From Bilabrum cf. latius (Eukaryota), in NCBI GenBank assembly GCA_965178125.1, contig OZ237751.1, forward strand, positions 930,001-994,000: a DNA stretch of 64,000 nt, written 5' to 3'. Position 1 is the first letter of the stretch; every line of letters starts with the position of its first letter. Position numbers and translations under genes: made by a program. Positions 36,501 through 49,465 of the stretch are shown here, piece by piece. Below the pieces are notes generated by a model. It saw only the letters and a list, made by a program, of their open reading frames with translations, searched no databases and was not told the origin of the DNA.

Positions 36501-38394
36501 CGGCGCGGTTGGCCACCGGCAGGATGGCAGCCACGAAGAGGGTGCCCCCACTGGTTACGTTCCACTGGTTGTTGGGGTTGGGTCCCACCAGCCGCCCCCC
36601 GGTGATGGTAAGCTTGGACGGAGGGAACAAATCGGGGCGGCTGATGGGCGCGTTGAGGCGAATCGTGACGTAGAGTGGTCTCGGCACCGGGTTGTTGGCC
36701 GAGTCGTTGCCCACCGTGTAGAAGGCCGGGCCCTCGATGCCCACCTGCACGGTGGGGCTCTCGCTCGTGTAGCGGATGAACTCGAGGGGGCCCCGCTGGA
36801 AGGTGGCGTTGGGGAAGGATTCCAGCTGCACCTGCACCGACGGGAATCTGCCGCCGTCACCCGCCTGCGCGGACACGTTGAAGAAGTACGTGTTGGATGC
36901 GTCGTCGTAGTCCTCCGCGGGCCACGTGTTCCTCAGCCATTTGCTGCTGATGAACCCGCCCGTCACGCGGAAGTTGTTGCCGTTCAGCGCGGTGAGCGGG
37001 TTGCCGATGTTCTGCTTCTGCTGGGCCGACAGGAATACCTGCAGGGTCAGGGGGATGTCGAGAGAGTTGCTCTCCGAGTACGAGTCTGGTCCCTGGAGCG
37101 CGAAGCGGATGGGACGGTCCCCGCCGCCACCGGGGGTGCCCCCGCCCCCCGCGTTGGGGTCAAATCGGATCAGCTGGGTGAAGTTCTTGTTCCCCGGAGG
37201 CGCGAAGACGTTCTCTGCCACGGAGATGGTGAAGTTCTCGTCCGTCGTGGGGAACAGGGTGAAGCGCACGAGCGTGCCCGGGGTGCCGAAGCTGGATTCG
37301 AAGGCCTGGAAGGAGCCGAGCTTGAACCCCGAGGAGCTGAGCTACAGGATCGACTCGGACACGTTGTTGGCGTCAACGGGGGGCGTGATCCTGATGTTGC
37401 CGAAGATCTGAGTCGTGGTGGGTCCGTAGGACGTGGCTCCCGTGTACTCCAGCGTAGCCCTATCGATGTTCGTCCCGCTGCCGTCGAACTGAATGGCGTC
37501 GCTCCTCGTGGCTGCGTTCGAGGCGGCGCCCAGCGCGTCCTGCTGCACAGTCAGGCGCATGGTGCCGGTGGCCCGCGGGGTCAGCTCGACGTCGTAGTTG
37601 AGGCACTGCCCAAAGGTGCAGCGAGGGGTGACGTCCGTGACGGTGCCGCCCGACAGGCCGAGGCTGGAGGTGGAGAGGGGCTTGTAGTCGGCGGAGTTGA
37701 TCGGCCCCCGCTCAAACACCACGTTGGCGGTGACGGTCTTCTGGCTGGCTATGTAGTAGCTGGGAGCCGAGATGCTCGCCTGCACCCGTGCGTCCGCGTT
37801 GGGTGAATACTGGCTGGAGAAGAACGCGGCGTTGTTCCCCTGGTCCACGGAATCAGTCGGAAGGAACAGACGCACGAAGTTGCTCAGGCCGCCGCTGCCG
37901 GACGAATCAGCGTTTGGCTGTACGCTCAGCACGAAGACAGTCTTGGGCTGTTCCATGTAGACGGCTTGAATCGTGCAGGCCGTCGTTTGGAAAATTGAGG
38001 CCGTCACGCCATCCACCGGCTAAGTGAACCCGACACTAATATTGAACGGAGCAGTGCGCTCATTGTAGTACCTGCGCGCTTGATGGGGCAAGGAAGTGGC
38101 TGAAGGAATTGCCATGCGCCTGCTTGGGTCTGCGCCGTGGACATTTCTCTTGCACGGAGGAACACCGCGGCAGATTCCAATCAATACAGAAACGCTCATC
38201 GAATTAGAATAATTTTAACCAAGGATAGGGCGAAAGTCCTTGCAACAAACGATCTGGACGGATCGCGGGCTCATGAATCCACGGATAGGCTTGCAGCTTC
38301 TGTTGGCTCACGATGGTCCTCTGAACGAAGCAGATACCTTTCCCAGAGATTGTGAGATCCCACATAGCACAAGTGCCAGCGCTAGCGCGCGCAT
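33529..38394 (-). CDS. Type I surface receptor/adhesin A: signal peptide, tandem Ig-like beta domains, EGF-like and ETDVDCGG Cys-rich module, TM, cytoplasmic tail (~1540 aa); intron 38072-38311
   Basis: Exon 1 is MRALALALVLCGISQSLG. Five ORFs lie in one frame joined by TAG (7 in total). Contains CSGHGQC..CNC..YSGYNC, CFDGRKDSGETDVDCGGPC and a TM (VALGLVAAALVIGVAAGALVMFC); ends at TGA. Confidence 0.82.
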
Positions 38395-38641
38395 TGTGTT
38401 GCTCCACCGATATCTCGCGTGGAAGACTCTCGGGAAATCGAATCGAATAGGAGAGGATGAATTAAACTTGTGTGGTTGCAACCGGCCGTCGCCGCAGCAG
38501 ACGTGCAGGGCACTGTAGCACGAACGACGAGGACACCGAACACGTCGCCAGATACGCGAAATTGCAGAGGTGGCAGTAGAAAACTTACGATTTTAGAACC
38601 AAATACTGAAATATTGCAAATTTGTGGACGTACAGGCTTGC

Positions 38642-40822
38642 ATGGGTTGCGGTATCTCTACGGCAGAGGAGCAAAATTCGTCGGCCTAGGTGAGCGGAAA
38701 TGGTGACATTAGAAGTATTATTCGACCATTGTCAGAAGTATCAGCGGTACTTGCATTGTCTCAGCGGCTCGTCGATTCCATTGACATCCATTGCATCCAA
38801 TTCTACGCGTCGCAGTCACAGCTGCCACGAACGCAGCAAGCTCTAGCGCTGACTGGCAAGCCACGTGGTCTAGCCGGCTTACACGACCAAGCAAAGAAGG
38901 GCTTGGACTATGCCACAGCTCAAGATCTTTCGAATTCCTGCCCCTATCCGATGCATTCTGCTGGCGCGAAGCCACGGCTCGCTGTCTCAACTGTTGGTAC
39001 CGCGGTGCACCTGGAACAGTCGAGCTACAGGCCCGGGGCACAGGCGCAGCTCATCCTGGATAATGCATCGCTGAGGCAATGCCTCTCATTGCTACCAGAT
39101 ACTAGCACTCAGTTCTGGTGCGTTGCAGTCCAGCGCTCGTCCCGGTCCAGGGTCTTCTTCGAGCCGGGACAGGCGGAAGCGACCGTTCTGTCGTAGTGGA
39201 TGGGAACAACCACTGAAGCCATTGAAGGCGCGATATCGCAGCACGCTGGGCTCGTCGGCTTGGATACGTATACGAATATATGTACCGATGTGCTGCCTGA
39301 TCGAACAAGCGAGAGTTGCAGCGAAACACAGCGACCATTCGCTTGGTCGCTATCGAGCATGTGTGACAACGCTGACGTGGTCGCACCGAGGCATTTGCAC
39401 GTGCGCATCTCAGACAAAGCAGCGCGGCGCCAGGGCAGAAAGAGCAGCATTGCTTCAACCGGTATCCAGCCGGCTCCGCCCGCAGATGCCCTGAGAGTCA
39501 CGAGACCGACGGAGGAATCGTGTGGCAGCGGAAGCAGCAGCGGCAGCGGCGGCGCTGATGCTGCATGCACCATCGCTTGCAGCAGAAGCAGAAGCAGAAG
39601 CAGAGGCAGCCCCTCGCCGACGGACAGTGCATCATTTGAGCGGGAGGTGCTACGAGCAGCGGGGGTCAGGAAGCGATCGAAGAGGCGCGGGCGCGGGCAC
39701 CCCGACGACGTCGGTCTCGATGGGCCTGCTGTGCTGCCCGTCGGCTCATGCAGGCAGGTTGTTTCAGTCGCTCCATCCCTGCTCCCTTACCCTCCCCCAG
39801 GAGATTTATCGCAGCAGCTGCAGCAGCTGCCAGTCCCATGCGAACAGCCGGTGCTGGTGCCTCGCCGCCCCGAGGGAACAAGCGAGAGGGGTAGCTCCAC
39901 GGTGAGCGTGCTCGACGTTGAGGACGAGAGATCGTGGAGCAGGTTGCAGGGAGCCGGGGAGCAGCGGAAGGGGGACGCATCAACATCAAAGGGCTCCGAG
40001 TTGGCGAAGGAAGGAAGCACTGGCACGCTCAGCTTGGCGGGCGGCTCGATGGTCAGCGTGTCCCGGTCACCGGGTGCAGGCCGCTGCCGGGTCGTGGTCG
40101 ACCAGGCGAGCACCCGCTCCTCGAGCAAGTGCTCTGCCGTGTCACCGGAGAGCACGCGGGGCGATGCCTGGCACAGGGTGCCAGGCAGCACGAAATGGGG
40201 CAGATGCGGAGGCACGGGCAAAGGCAAGGGCAGGGGTATGGACGATCGCGAGGCGGGCGGCGGTGGCTTGGTGATGGAGGCTGCTGCGAGTGCAGCGGCT
40301 GCCACGAGAGCGAGAGAGCCGGGTTCCCCTGATCCTGCGGCGGGCTGGTGCGGGCATGAAGGGGAGCAGGCCGGGGTTGACCAGCACGACTGGCAGATGG
40401 GTCGTGTGCAACTGCGCGTCAGCGAGGTGATTGTGCCTGATTGGGAGCAGTTGTGCAATTCTGGCGGCAGATCGGAGGCTGGGGAACAATAGCGTGGGGA
40501 TAACGCAAGAAGGAATGGGGTTGACAGTGCTGGTGCTGGGGCTGGGGCTGGGGCTGGTGATAGTGCTGGCCTTCGGGGCGTCCTGAAAAGGGGTTCGACA
40601 GCGGGATGGAGAGTGGCCGATGGTGCGATAAGCTCTGGCTGCAGGGACAAGGGGTTTGACAATATCATCCGACTCAAGCCCGTGTTCCTGCTCCGGACCC
40701 GAGGGGCGGCTTGGACATGGCTCATGCGTCAAGGGGCCTTTTTGGCTCAGTTCAAGCGCATCCTCGGGCTGCACTCGATGGTGGTAGTTGGGATGGAATA
40801 TGCAGTAGGAACTTCCACTTGA
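38642..40822 (+). CDS. Uncharacterised MGCxxS family, copy 1 (possible in-frame intron 38690-38815)
   Basis: Starts MGCGIS. Shared blocks FWCVAVQRSSRSRVFFEPG, AWSLS and RLKPVFLLRTRGAAW. One frame via 3 TAG; ends at TGA. Confidence 0.7.
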
Positions 40823-41037
40823 TATGAATGCCTTCATGCTCGATTTCTCGTCGTCGAGGGCCGGAATGCCGGCATCATCGTGCGGTGCAGCCGCCTCGGG
40901 CTGGTTCGTTGATTGGATCGCCGTAGGTGGCATTCGAAGCTGCGTCGTGCGCTAGACAGGACAACTCGCGGTGAAAATACGGCTAAATTCTTGAGCTTTT
41001 TATTTAGTTGTTCACATTGTTCACATAAGCGTACACA

Positions 41038-43271
41038 ATGGGGTGCATGATGTCGACATCAACCGCAGCACTAATCGTGAGCTTGCGACACCATCGCTCT
41101 GATTCAATGACGGCGATATCTTCGGCCCATCCAGTTGCGCATCTGTTAAATAGTCCCTTGTCGCTTGATTTCATAACAATGAATCGTAATATGCTTGCAA
41201 ACTATATTATTCACCGCAGGGCATGGAAGGGGGCACTGTTTCTACACCTTCGAAAGAGACACGTACCTCGCCACAGGGGACACCACAGGCTCAAATGATA
41301 AATTCGCCTCGTGCGGGGCAACATGAGACTGCCATTATGGGCGGGAAAGGTACTTTCGGCACCGTTTATTCGTATACTGCGGGCGGATCAACAGGCGCCG
41401 AGAAATGTCGAGCTACTGCCGACCAAAGTGGTGCAATCGGTGCTTGCTGCACACACAATCACACTCAAGGTGCTGTGAACAACTGCCATTGCATAGATCA
41501 CAGCGTGGATGTGTGGATCATTGCTGTCCAGCGCACCGACCAGCCCAGGGTATTCTTCGCGCCTGGCAGGGTAGAGTAGCAGGCTGTCACTCGGTGGCTT
41601 AGCGGGGCGACCACCGTGCTTGACCGGGTGCTGCGAGAGCACAAGAGCAGCAGCGGCAATGAAATTCAAGAAGAAGCCTATCAACTCCATTCAGCTCGCG
41701 CGGGAAGCAATGCGGCCGAGTGGGCGACGGCACGGGCCTGGTCGCTCCCGGGCGAGTGCAAGCACGATGGCGTCTAGATGCCGGGGCAGCTACTTATCGT
41801 GGAAGCCGAGCAATTTGCAGTCGCAAGAGGACTTGCCGGCGATATGTGCTCCTCTCAATCGACTGGCTCGGCGAAGAATTCCACAGCTCCGCAGGCCACA
41901 CGCATGGAAGCATTTGGTCGCTCGAGCGCACCGTACGTGTACTCAGTTTCTGACCAGCTTCAGGCCAGTGCTCCGATGCAGCTACCACGGGAGCAACTCC
42001 AGACAGATAATGCAATGCATACTAATGGATCGAGGCGGCGCAACGGCTTCCTTCCTCTCTGTAGGCCGCCAGCAAGCAGCGAGCGCATTTTATCCTGCGA
42101 CCCCGTCCTCGGAGGCAAGCTACTCGCTGCGATGGGCGTGCGCGCACCCGCTGCAGCATCAAGGCGTAGGGCCCTCCGAACATCAGCCCACCTCACCGTG
42201 ACAGCATCACCGCAAAGCATCGTGCGGATTGGAGCCTCCCTACTGCCCCCGAACTGGCAGCAATCAACGTAGCAGCCAGCCGGTGCCGGCGCGAAACCAT
42301 CACGCAGATTGGCCCAGCGGGCGGCGGACACGCTCTACTTCTAGGAGCAAGTGGCCTGCCTCACGAACCCGAGGTTCAGAGAGACACTTGGATCCACCAC
42401 CAGTCTCGTCGCGGCCACAGCAGAGCAGGCATCGGTGAAGCAGGCGGCGGCATGTGCAGGGCACGAGGCCCCGAGCGCAACGCTGAGCGTGTCTCGCGGG
42501 GCCGATGAATCATGCGCAGCGTCCTCCGAGCCTCACAGCCCTGCCAGGCATAGCAGCTCTACCACCACAGTGGGCCTGCAGGGTGACCGTGCGGCGTGCG
42601 ATGCAGGCGCGCCCACTGGAACCGTTCCGTCCCATGGTTGCGCCAACTGGCCGGTGCAACCGCAATACGTGAGATCCGTCAGGAGCATCATCGGCATCGG
42701 CATCGGCATCGGCATCGGCATCGGCGCGCAGCAGCCTAGCCCGGCACTAAAAGGCGAAAACCGAGCCGGCCTGCCCGCCACAGCCAGTCCCGCGCATTCG
42801 CACTGCGTGAAAGCAGCTGGACTGGCTGGGACTGGCAGTGGAAGCCAGGCAGCCCGAGGCCTCCCTCGCCACGTGAAGGTGGCCGGTCCCCCGGCAGCTG
42901 CCTGCATCTCCCATTCCCGAATACAGGCTGTTCCAGGTCTGTCCGGCCCTCTGCAGCAGCGCCAGCAGAAGCCCCCCCAAGGCCAAGTGCAGCTCCGTCC
43001 CGCGGAGGTCATGCTGCCACCGGGCCACCGACTGCACCCACCACAGCCTGCCGCCGATGGAGCCATCCCCAGAGGGTGCATGGCCGGGAATGGTTCCCCT
43101 AGTACGACAGAGGTTGCCCGACTCAAGCCCGTGTTCCTGCTCCGGACCCGGGGTACCGCCTGGGCCTGGCTCATGCGGCAGGGGGCCTTTTCGGCTCACC
43201 TGCGGGCTGTGCTGGGGCTGCACTCGATGGTGGTGGTGCGAATGGAAAGGATCGCGGGAGAGACAATGTGA
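41038..43271 (+). CDS. Uncharacterised MGCxxS family, copy 2; intron 41077-41219
   Basis: 13-codon exon 1 (MGCMMSTSTAALI), GTGAG...CGCAG intron, the same conserved blocks, 4 TAG; ends at TGA. Confidence 0.72.
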
Positions 43272-43513
43272 CTGGGCGTGATATAACAAAACCATACCGT
43301 TATATGCTGTATTGCTCAAGCGTTTCTATGTCACATGTTTCTGCTCAAGGTCTATCGCCGGCGGGCGCGCATCAGGATGGTGCAGTCGTCTGCTCGAGCG
43401 CGAGGTGGTCGCAGGAGCAGACTGCGCCATTTACGCCCGCATTCGTCTACAAACTGCACTCTCCTTTATTCCAGGTTTGAAAAGTACACGGCTTGGACTT
43501 GAAGTCGTGCCAT

Positions 43514-45751
43514 ATGGGGTGTGCAGCCTCAGAAGTACCCGCAAACCACGATGTATGTCCTGTTCGCGTGTATGCGACGTGCACAGGGTACTCCCTTAGC
43601 CCTTCAGCACACAATGGATAGCATCACACGCGTCTAAAGATCCCATTTTAGACATATCAAAATGAAAATGCTCGCGACTGCTCTTTGCTATCGCAGGGTG
43701 AGGCAGAAATCATCGATTTTACGAAGAAAGCTGGGGTACGTACGTCGCACACACAGACGCCTGGGTCGATAATTCAGGACCCTACGAGAATCAGGCAAAG
43801 CGTTGGTGCAAACCGGCAGTCGAATCATACATCAAGCAACAAAGATTCGTATTCCGGTGGTAGGTCACCTGATGCCGACAACCGTCGAGCTACGGCCGGA
43901 CGTCATAGCGCAATCGCCGGCGGCTCCCGACGCACAATCTGCGGCTGTAGTCAGCTTGCCGGGCTGATTGATCGACAGACGAGCAACGACGTAAATGTAT
44001 GGATCATTGCAGTCCAGCGCACCGACCAGCCCAGGGTATTCTTCGTGCCCGGCAGGGTTGAGGAGAAGGCTGTCACCCGGTGGTTTAGCGAGGCGACCGC
44101 CGTGATTGACCGGGTTCTGCGAGAGCACAATGGCAACAGCGAAGGGAAAATACCGAACGGTGCCAATCACAACCATGCAGCGCCTGTGGGAGGCAATGCG
44201 GCCGAGTAGACGGCGGCCCGGGCCTGGTCGCTCCCGGGCTCCGAGCACGATGGCATCGAGGTGCCGGGGCAGCTGCTTCTCGTGGAAGCCAAACCGAGCA
44301 GCACTACGCAGACGAGTGCGCGTGATTGTATTTTATTCCGATCGCCGAGGGGCCTCCTGCTGCAAGCAGACGACGCCTGCACTGCCGGGACCGCCAGCCC
44401 AATGATCACGCCCGCACCTCACTGCTCAACTCAGCCGGCAGGTGCAGCGCCGGAGGGGTGCACCAGCCAGCCTGGCTTTATTGCGCGCCCGGCATGGGGA
44501 AATGACCAAGGGCTCGCCATCTTGCGGGATCGAGGCGATGCCACGGGCGATGCCGGAGACAAGCTGCTGGCAGCAATTGGCGTGCGCACCCATTCGAAGA
44601 GAGCGGCGAGGGCGATGGGACGGCGAGGAAATCTACCCAAGGTGGCGCGGCCGGTCAGGCAAGCATTCTGTGTTCCAGTCCTCGATCTAGATACTAAAAG
44701 CAGCGTGCGACTAGATGCATAGCTGCTTCCTCTGGGCTGGCAGTGCACCCCCAAACCGACGCCGGCACGCCGCGCCGCTTTTCCCCCTCGATTGCGTTCA
44801 GCAGAAGCTGCGATGGCTTCCAAAACGGGTTGCCAAGCCACATTTAGAGCTGGGGCTATTAGTTCCACGCTGAGTCTGGCCGCACCCCCAGAGGACTCGA
44901 ATCATGGATCCACACGGACAATGCGTTCACACCATGCCAGCGGGCGAGACACGCAGCCTTCATCCTCGGGGAGTCATATGAGCACCACTGCACCAGCCAG
45001 AGTGAAACCGGCACACCAGACTCGCTACCAGGCCGCGACCATAGCGAGCGCGGGCACCGGGGCAGACCAAGGTCCGCGGAGTCCCCTGCGGCGTCGATCC
45101 AGCGACACGAACGCTGCTAGTACTGCCAGCTCACTTGGATCTCGATTTCAGGAGGCAACTGCCGTGCCGAGCGAGTCCCGAATCTTGGCAGCAATCGCTC
45201 AGGTCACACTTGGGGATGGGGTGCCGGCAGACGCTGTACTAGTGCATGAGAGTTAGCCTGCCAACAGGAGGGCGACTGCATCGAGAGAGCGCCGCCTTCG
45301 CTCTCCCATAGGAACAGGGGCATGTACTCGAACAGGTCGGTCTACCAGTTTTGCATCGCTTGGCGTGGTTGACGGCGATCCTGTACCACCGCTACCGCAG
45401 TTGCAACTGTAGCAGCAGTTGCAACTGGAGCAGCAGGAGCAGCATGAGCAGCAGGATCCAGTGCCCAGTGCGCTGCACCTTCGCCCCACAGTGGTCATGC
45501 TGCCACCGGGCCACAGGCTGCACCGATCCGAGCCCGCTGCTGATCCATCACATCCCATGAAGCCCGAAGCTGATAACAACGCTAGTGTTGTATCCACGGC
45601 TGCTGCCCGACTCAAGCCCGTGTTCCTGCTCCGGACCCGTGGTGCCGCCTGGGCCTGGCTCATGCGGCAGGGGGCCTTCTTGGCTCACCTGCGGGCGGTG
45701 CTGGGGCTGCACTCGATGGTGGTGGTGCGAATGGAACGATTCGATCAGTAA
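43514..45751 (+). CDS. Uncharacterised MGCxxS family, copy 3; intron 43553-43696
   Basis: 13-codon exon 1 (MGCAASEVPANHD), GTATG...CGCAG intron, the same blocks, 4 TAG (one within QLQL*QQLQL); ends at TAA. Confidence 0.72.
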
Positions 45752-45825
45752 TGCAGCGTGGCTGGGCCACCTTGAGAGCTTGTCAGAACGAGTCATCCGG
45801 TGATCTAAACATGTAGGAGGTCAAG

Positions 45826-48090
45826 TCATGCAACTTTACGCATTCCTGTAATACAGTCGCTCGCCCGCTCCAACCTCACAACCGCCATGGAGCTCAGCCC
45901 CAGCAAACGCTTCAGTCGGGCCAGAAACACCCCTTGCTTCATGAGCCAGACCCATGCCGCTCCCTGGGTCCTGAGCAGGAACACGGGCTTCAGTCTGCGC
46001 AGGTCTCCTCTCCATGATTGACTCTGCCATCAATGCTGCTGCTGCTGCCATCCTACGAGGCAGTTTCCTTGTTGCTGTGCCGCAGTGCAGCCTTGAGCGC
46101 TGCTCGAGGTGCACGGCTTGCCTCTGCACCTATGAGCGATTCGCCCACTGGCAGCATCACCTCAGCTGGAGAGAGTGCTGTGAAGGCCGCGGTAGCAGGC
46201 CTCTGATTTTCGGTCTCGAGCGGTGCCTGCGACGCATTTGGGGGCACTTTGGTGCTACCAGTTTCAGGATGCGACTACTTTGGATCCCGTTGGCAAGTAG
46301 GCACAGCGGAATCCTTCTTTGTCTTTCCTACACCTCCAACTCCAGCCCACTATGCGCTTGCCTGTCGTGGTGATAGCTTACAAGCCTGTGAGCTGCCCAT
46401 GGGTCCCAATGGTGACTACAACTCTGATTCGCACTATCCTGAGACTCTATGGCTATCCGTACCGAGCGGATGCACCGAGTGGGCCTGTGCTTGTAGCCTG
46501 TACCTGGCTGCAGCTGTCTCGCTGCTACCAGTACCGGGAGCAACCTGGGCAGAGTGGGCATGGCTCGACCAGTCGAACAGCGAGGACCACTGCGCCCACC
46601 TGCTCTGATTGTCTTTCGGGGTAGTACCTTGAAACTGGGAGCTCGATGCGCTCTTTGCTTGATGCGAGTGCCCCTCGGGCTCGAATCCAACTACGCTGCC
46701 GGAGCGGTCACTTGCCGCACCAGATTCCCGCAGCCTGCTCCAGGACCTCTCGTCCTCTATATCTAGCACGCTCAGGGTGGAGCTGTGCGGATCATGACCG
46801 CTCTCTGGGCTCTCTATCATATGCTGCGAGCTTTCGGTGCCGTTGAGAGTTGGAAGGCAGTGTAGGTAGGGGAGCAGGCCTGGTGCCACCGAGATGCACT
46901 GCTCGCACGAAGACACGGGGAATCCGTTGGAACCACCCATCCGTCGGCACTGGTGTGGGTCTAGTTTTCCTTCTGATGGACCGCCGTCCTCGTCTCGGTC
47001 TCGATGCTTCACACCTGCCGCTCGCAGCACCAGGTTGGCGAGTGATCCAGCCTATGGGTGCAAACCCTAGCAGACGGGGGGCGGCGAGTCGATCCCTCCT
47101 GGTCTGCCTTTGCGTCCATCTGGACTGAAATATCGAGTCTCTCTGGGTTCACAGGCGCTGGAGCACCATAATCCTCCCCTGCTGCGGTCCACGCCACATC
47201 CTGTGGAGTGGTCCTGCAGCCGCTCGTTGACTTCAAGTTGCGGCTCGTGGCATCCGACCGAAGGCGAGCTCGCAGTGGAGTCCACTACGCCTCCACACGT
47301 TTCTACTTTTGCTGCCGGCGATGCCGGTATGATATCAATTGCAGCATCCTCACTTCCGTGCCCTGTGGTCGGGCTGCCAGGTGCACACGTGGTCACGAGG
47401 AGGTGGTCCGGCGACGCCACCGTGACGTCAGCAAGCGCGCCCGTCAGCGACCAGGCTTGCGGTCCGAAATCCGGCGTAGTACCCACGTTTGGCTGCCCAT
47501 AGCTCGCAAGCGATCGTTTGTTGTTGTTTCCTGGGCCGGAATCCCTGCCTGCATCCGTCTAATCGGTGCTTTCGGCTTTTGCGTCCGGCTAGACGGCACC
47601 ACGTACGGCCTTGTTCGTCCTTTGAAGCCAGTCCGAGACGATGCTAGCCTCCACAATACCAGGAGCAAAGAATACGCGCGAGCTTGGAGTGCGCTTTACT
47701 GACACGATCCACATCTGTACGTGATCTGGCTCTAAACTGGCCAAGCACGACTGCAGGGACTGCCGACGACGGGCCCGTGCTGGCGGTGTCTTTCCGACTG
47801 CTTTGTGGCGTAAAACCCGCCGAGTCTTGCACTGCAAAACTAGATTTGTCCCGTTGCTGTGGCCCGTAGCCTGAGGAAGCCGACAGCCCGACATGTTGGC
47901 ACTTGCAGGCCTGCTTGATTCTTGTATCGAACGTACTACAGAAGTCCACGTGTATACCTGTGGGGCAAATCAATTCCAAGCATTCTGCAGGAGTACCAAT
48001 TTTTTTTACTTGTTAAACAAGCACTTCTTCTTTGCAACCGTCGTGACAGCATTTGAATGCCACCTAGCGTCGATTGTGCCACCTCACCCT
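45826..48090 (-). pseudogene. Inverted, probably disrupted copy 4 of the same family
   Basis: WIVSVKRTPSSRVFFAPG, AWSLTG, VLRAAGV and SVLDIEDERSWSRL are in one frame via TAGs. That frame hits TGA just before the C-terminal RLKPVFLLRTQGAAW block, which lies in another frame. No MGC start found. Confidence 0.55.
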
Positions 48091-48421
48091 GACAACCAAG
48101 GAAGTTTCTCGCTGAATTCAAAGAGTTTTGGATTTACCACCACGCAATACGCGAATAAAATGTACGTCCCAAAGTGGTGCGCCGTAAACTTCAAATCCAA
48201 TTTTGAGCAGGAGCAGTAGAAGTGCCGAATGGATAGGCTCATGATTGGCGCCGCATGGACTGCGGAACCAACTACCATGACGTGGAGTGATCCGATCTAC
48301 AAAAATCCTGAAGTTTTGACCGATTCTAAAACGAATAGAGTACGTCATCGTAACAACACGCAAAATGAAATTTCTGGGCTATCCGGCCGATCAGGAACAG
48401 ACGGCTGGCGACACGCACCAT

Positions 48422-49083
48422 TTACTCACTCCCCCGATGGCAGGCCCGATCGGCGATCCCATCAAACCCGTCCCCGCCCAGCTGCCCGCGCCCCTCTGCC
48501 GGGGCGATGCTGGGCCCGGAGGACCCCGAGGAGTCGGAGTCGTGTGACGAGTGCGATCCCCTGCCGCCGCCGCTGCTGCCGTAGGCCGGATTGACGGCGC
48601 CGAGGGGGTGGTACATCACGCTGGCGCCGCGACCGGCGCCGCGCATCGCCTTGGTTCCGCTGCGCACGGAGCTGGACTGCATGACAGTATCCCCGCGACC
48701 TTTCGCATTGGAAGCCGCGCTGGACCCGCCGATGCCCCTGCCAGGGGCCTGCACCCCACTGGCACGGTACACCAGGTAGCCCAGCGCCATGACGGCCACC
48801 GCCAACACGGCAGCAAGGATGCCAAGCCCGGCCGCCAGGCCCGTCGAGGCTCGTCCTCTGGAGCCGCCGTCCGAATTGCCGGCGTCCTTGCCATCGGGGA
48901 GGCCTGCATGCGGCTCGGAGCCGGGTCCGGGGTGTGTGGATCCGCCGCTTTGACCACCCCCTCGCCGCCATCGGTTTGGCCACCACCATCGCCACCCGCA
49001 GCGGGAGCCGGGGTGCTGCTGGGCACAAGTGCATCGTCCGCACTGCTTGTTCCCCAGAGCAGCTCTAGACGATCCAACCTCAC
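48422..49083 (-). CDS. Possible small single-pass membrane protein or fragment
   Basis: TM-like GLGILAAVLAVAVMALGYLVY followed by a Gly/Ser-rich tail with NPAY, ending at TAA. The apparent stalk lies in a different frame, so the 5' structure is unresolved. Confidence 0.3.
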
Positions 49084-49465
49084 CCTCGCGGTCCTGCTAG
49101 GTCGCCGCGGATGGTGCCGATCAAGGCGTCGATGCTTGCCGCATCACCGAGGCCCAGCCCCAACGTGCCCAACCAAACAAACTCAACGCGTTCCGAGTCG
49201 TGCTCTAAATCACGTCATCTACCTCGCCCAGAGTGAGCGTCCTGGCAGTATCGATCTTGTCCTGCAGCTCGTCATAGTCATCAGAGAGCAGAGAGCAGCT
49301 CCACCGGGTCGCCCTTCCTGTCGCTCGCTACCTATTGTTTGTTTTGAAAGCACACCAAGCCATTTTCAAACAGATTATGAAGGTGGCACTGATCGATGAG
49401 CCCGAGGGTAACTGGCCTGGTGCAGACCTTTGCTTTTCACCCCAACGAGCAAAAGCAAGCAGGTC

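Noticed and set aside
11710-42725. Hexamer microsatellites ((CTTGCC)n at ~11710 and ~12220, (GGCATC)n at ~42690)
   Set aside because: These are ordinary coding low-complexity runs (KG, KS and IG dipeptides).
41577-44209. TAG meaning Glu or Trp (it aligns with GAG or TGG between family copies 2 and 3)
   Set aside because: These are single-base differences in a fast-evolving family. The strongly constrained sites (Pol motif C, NAXE, receptor paralogues) all indicate Gln.
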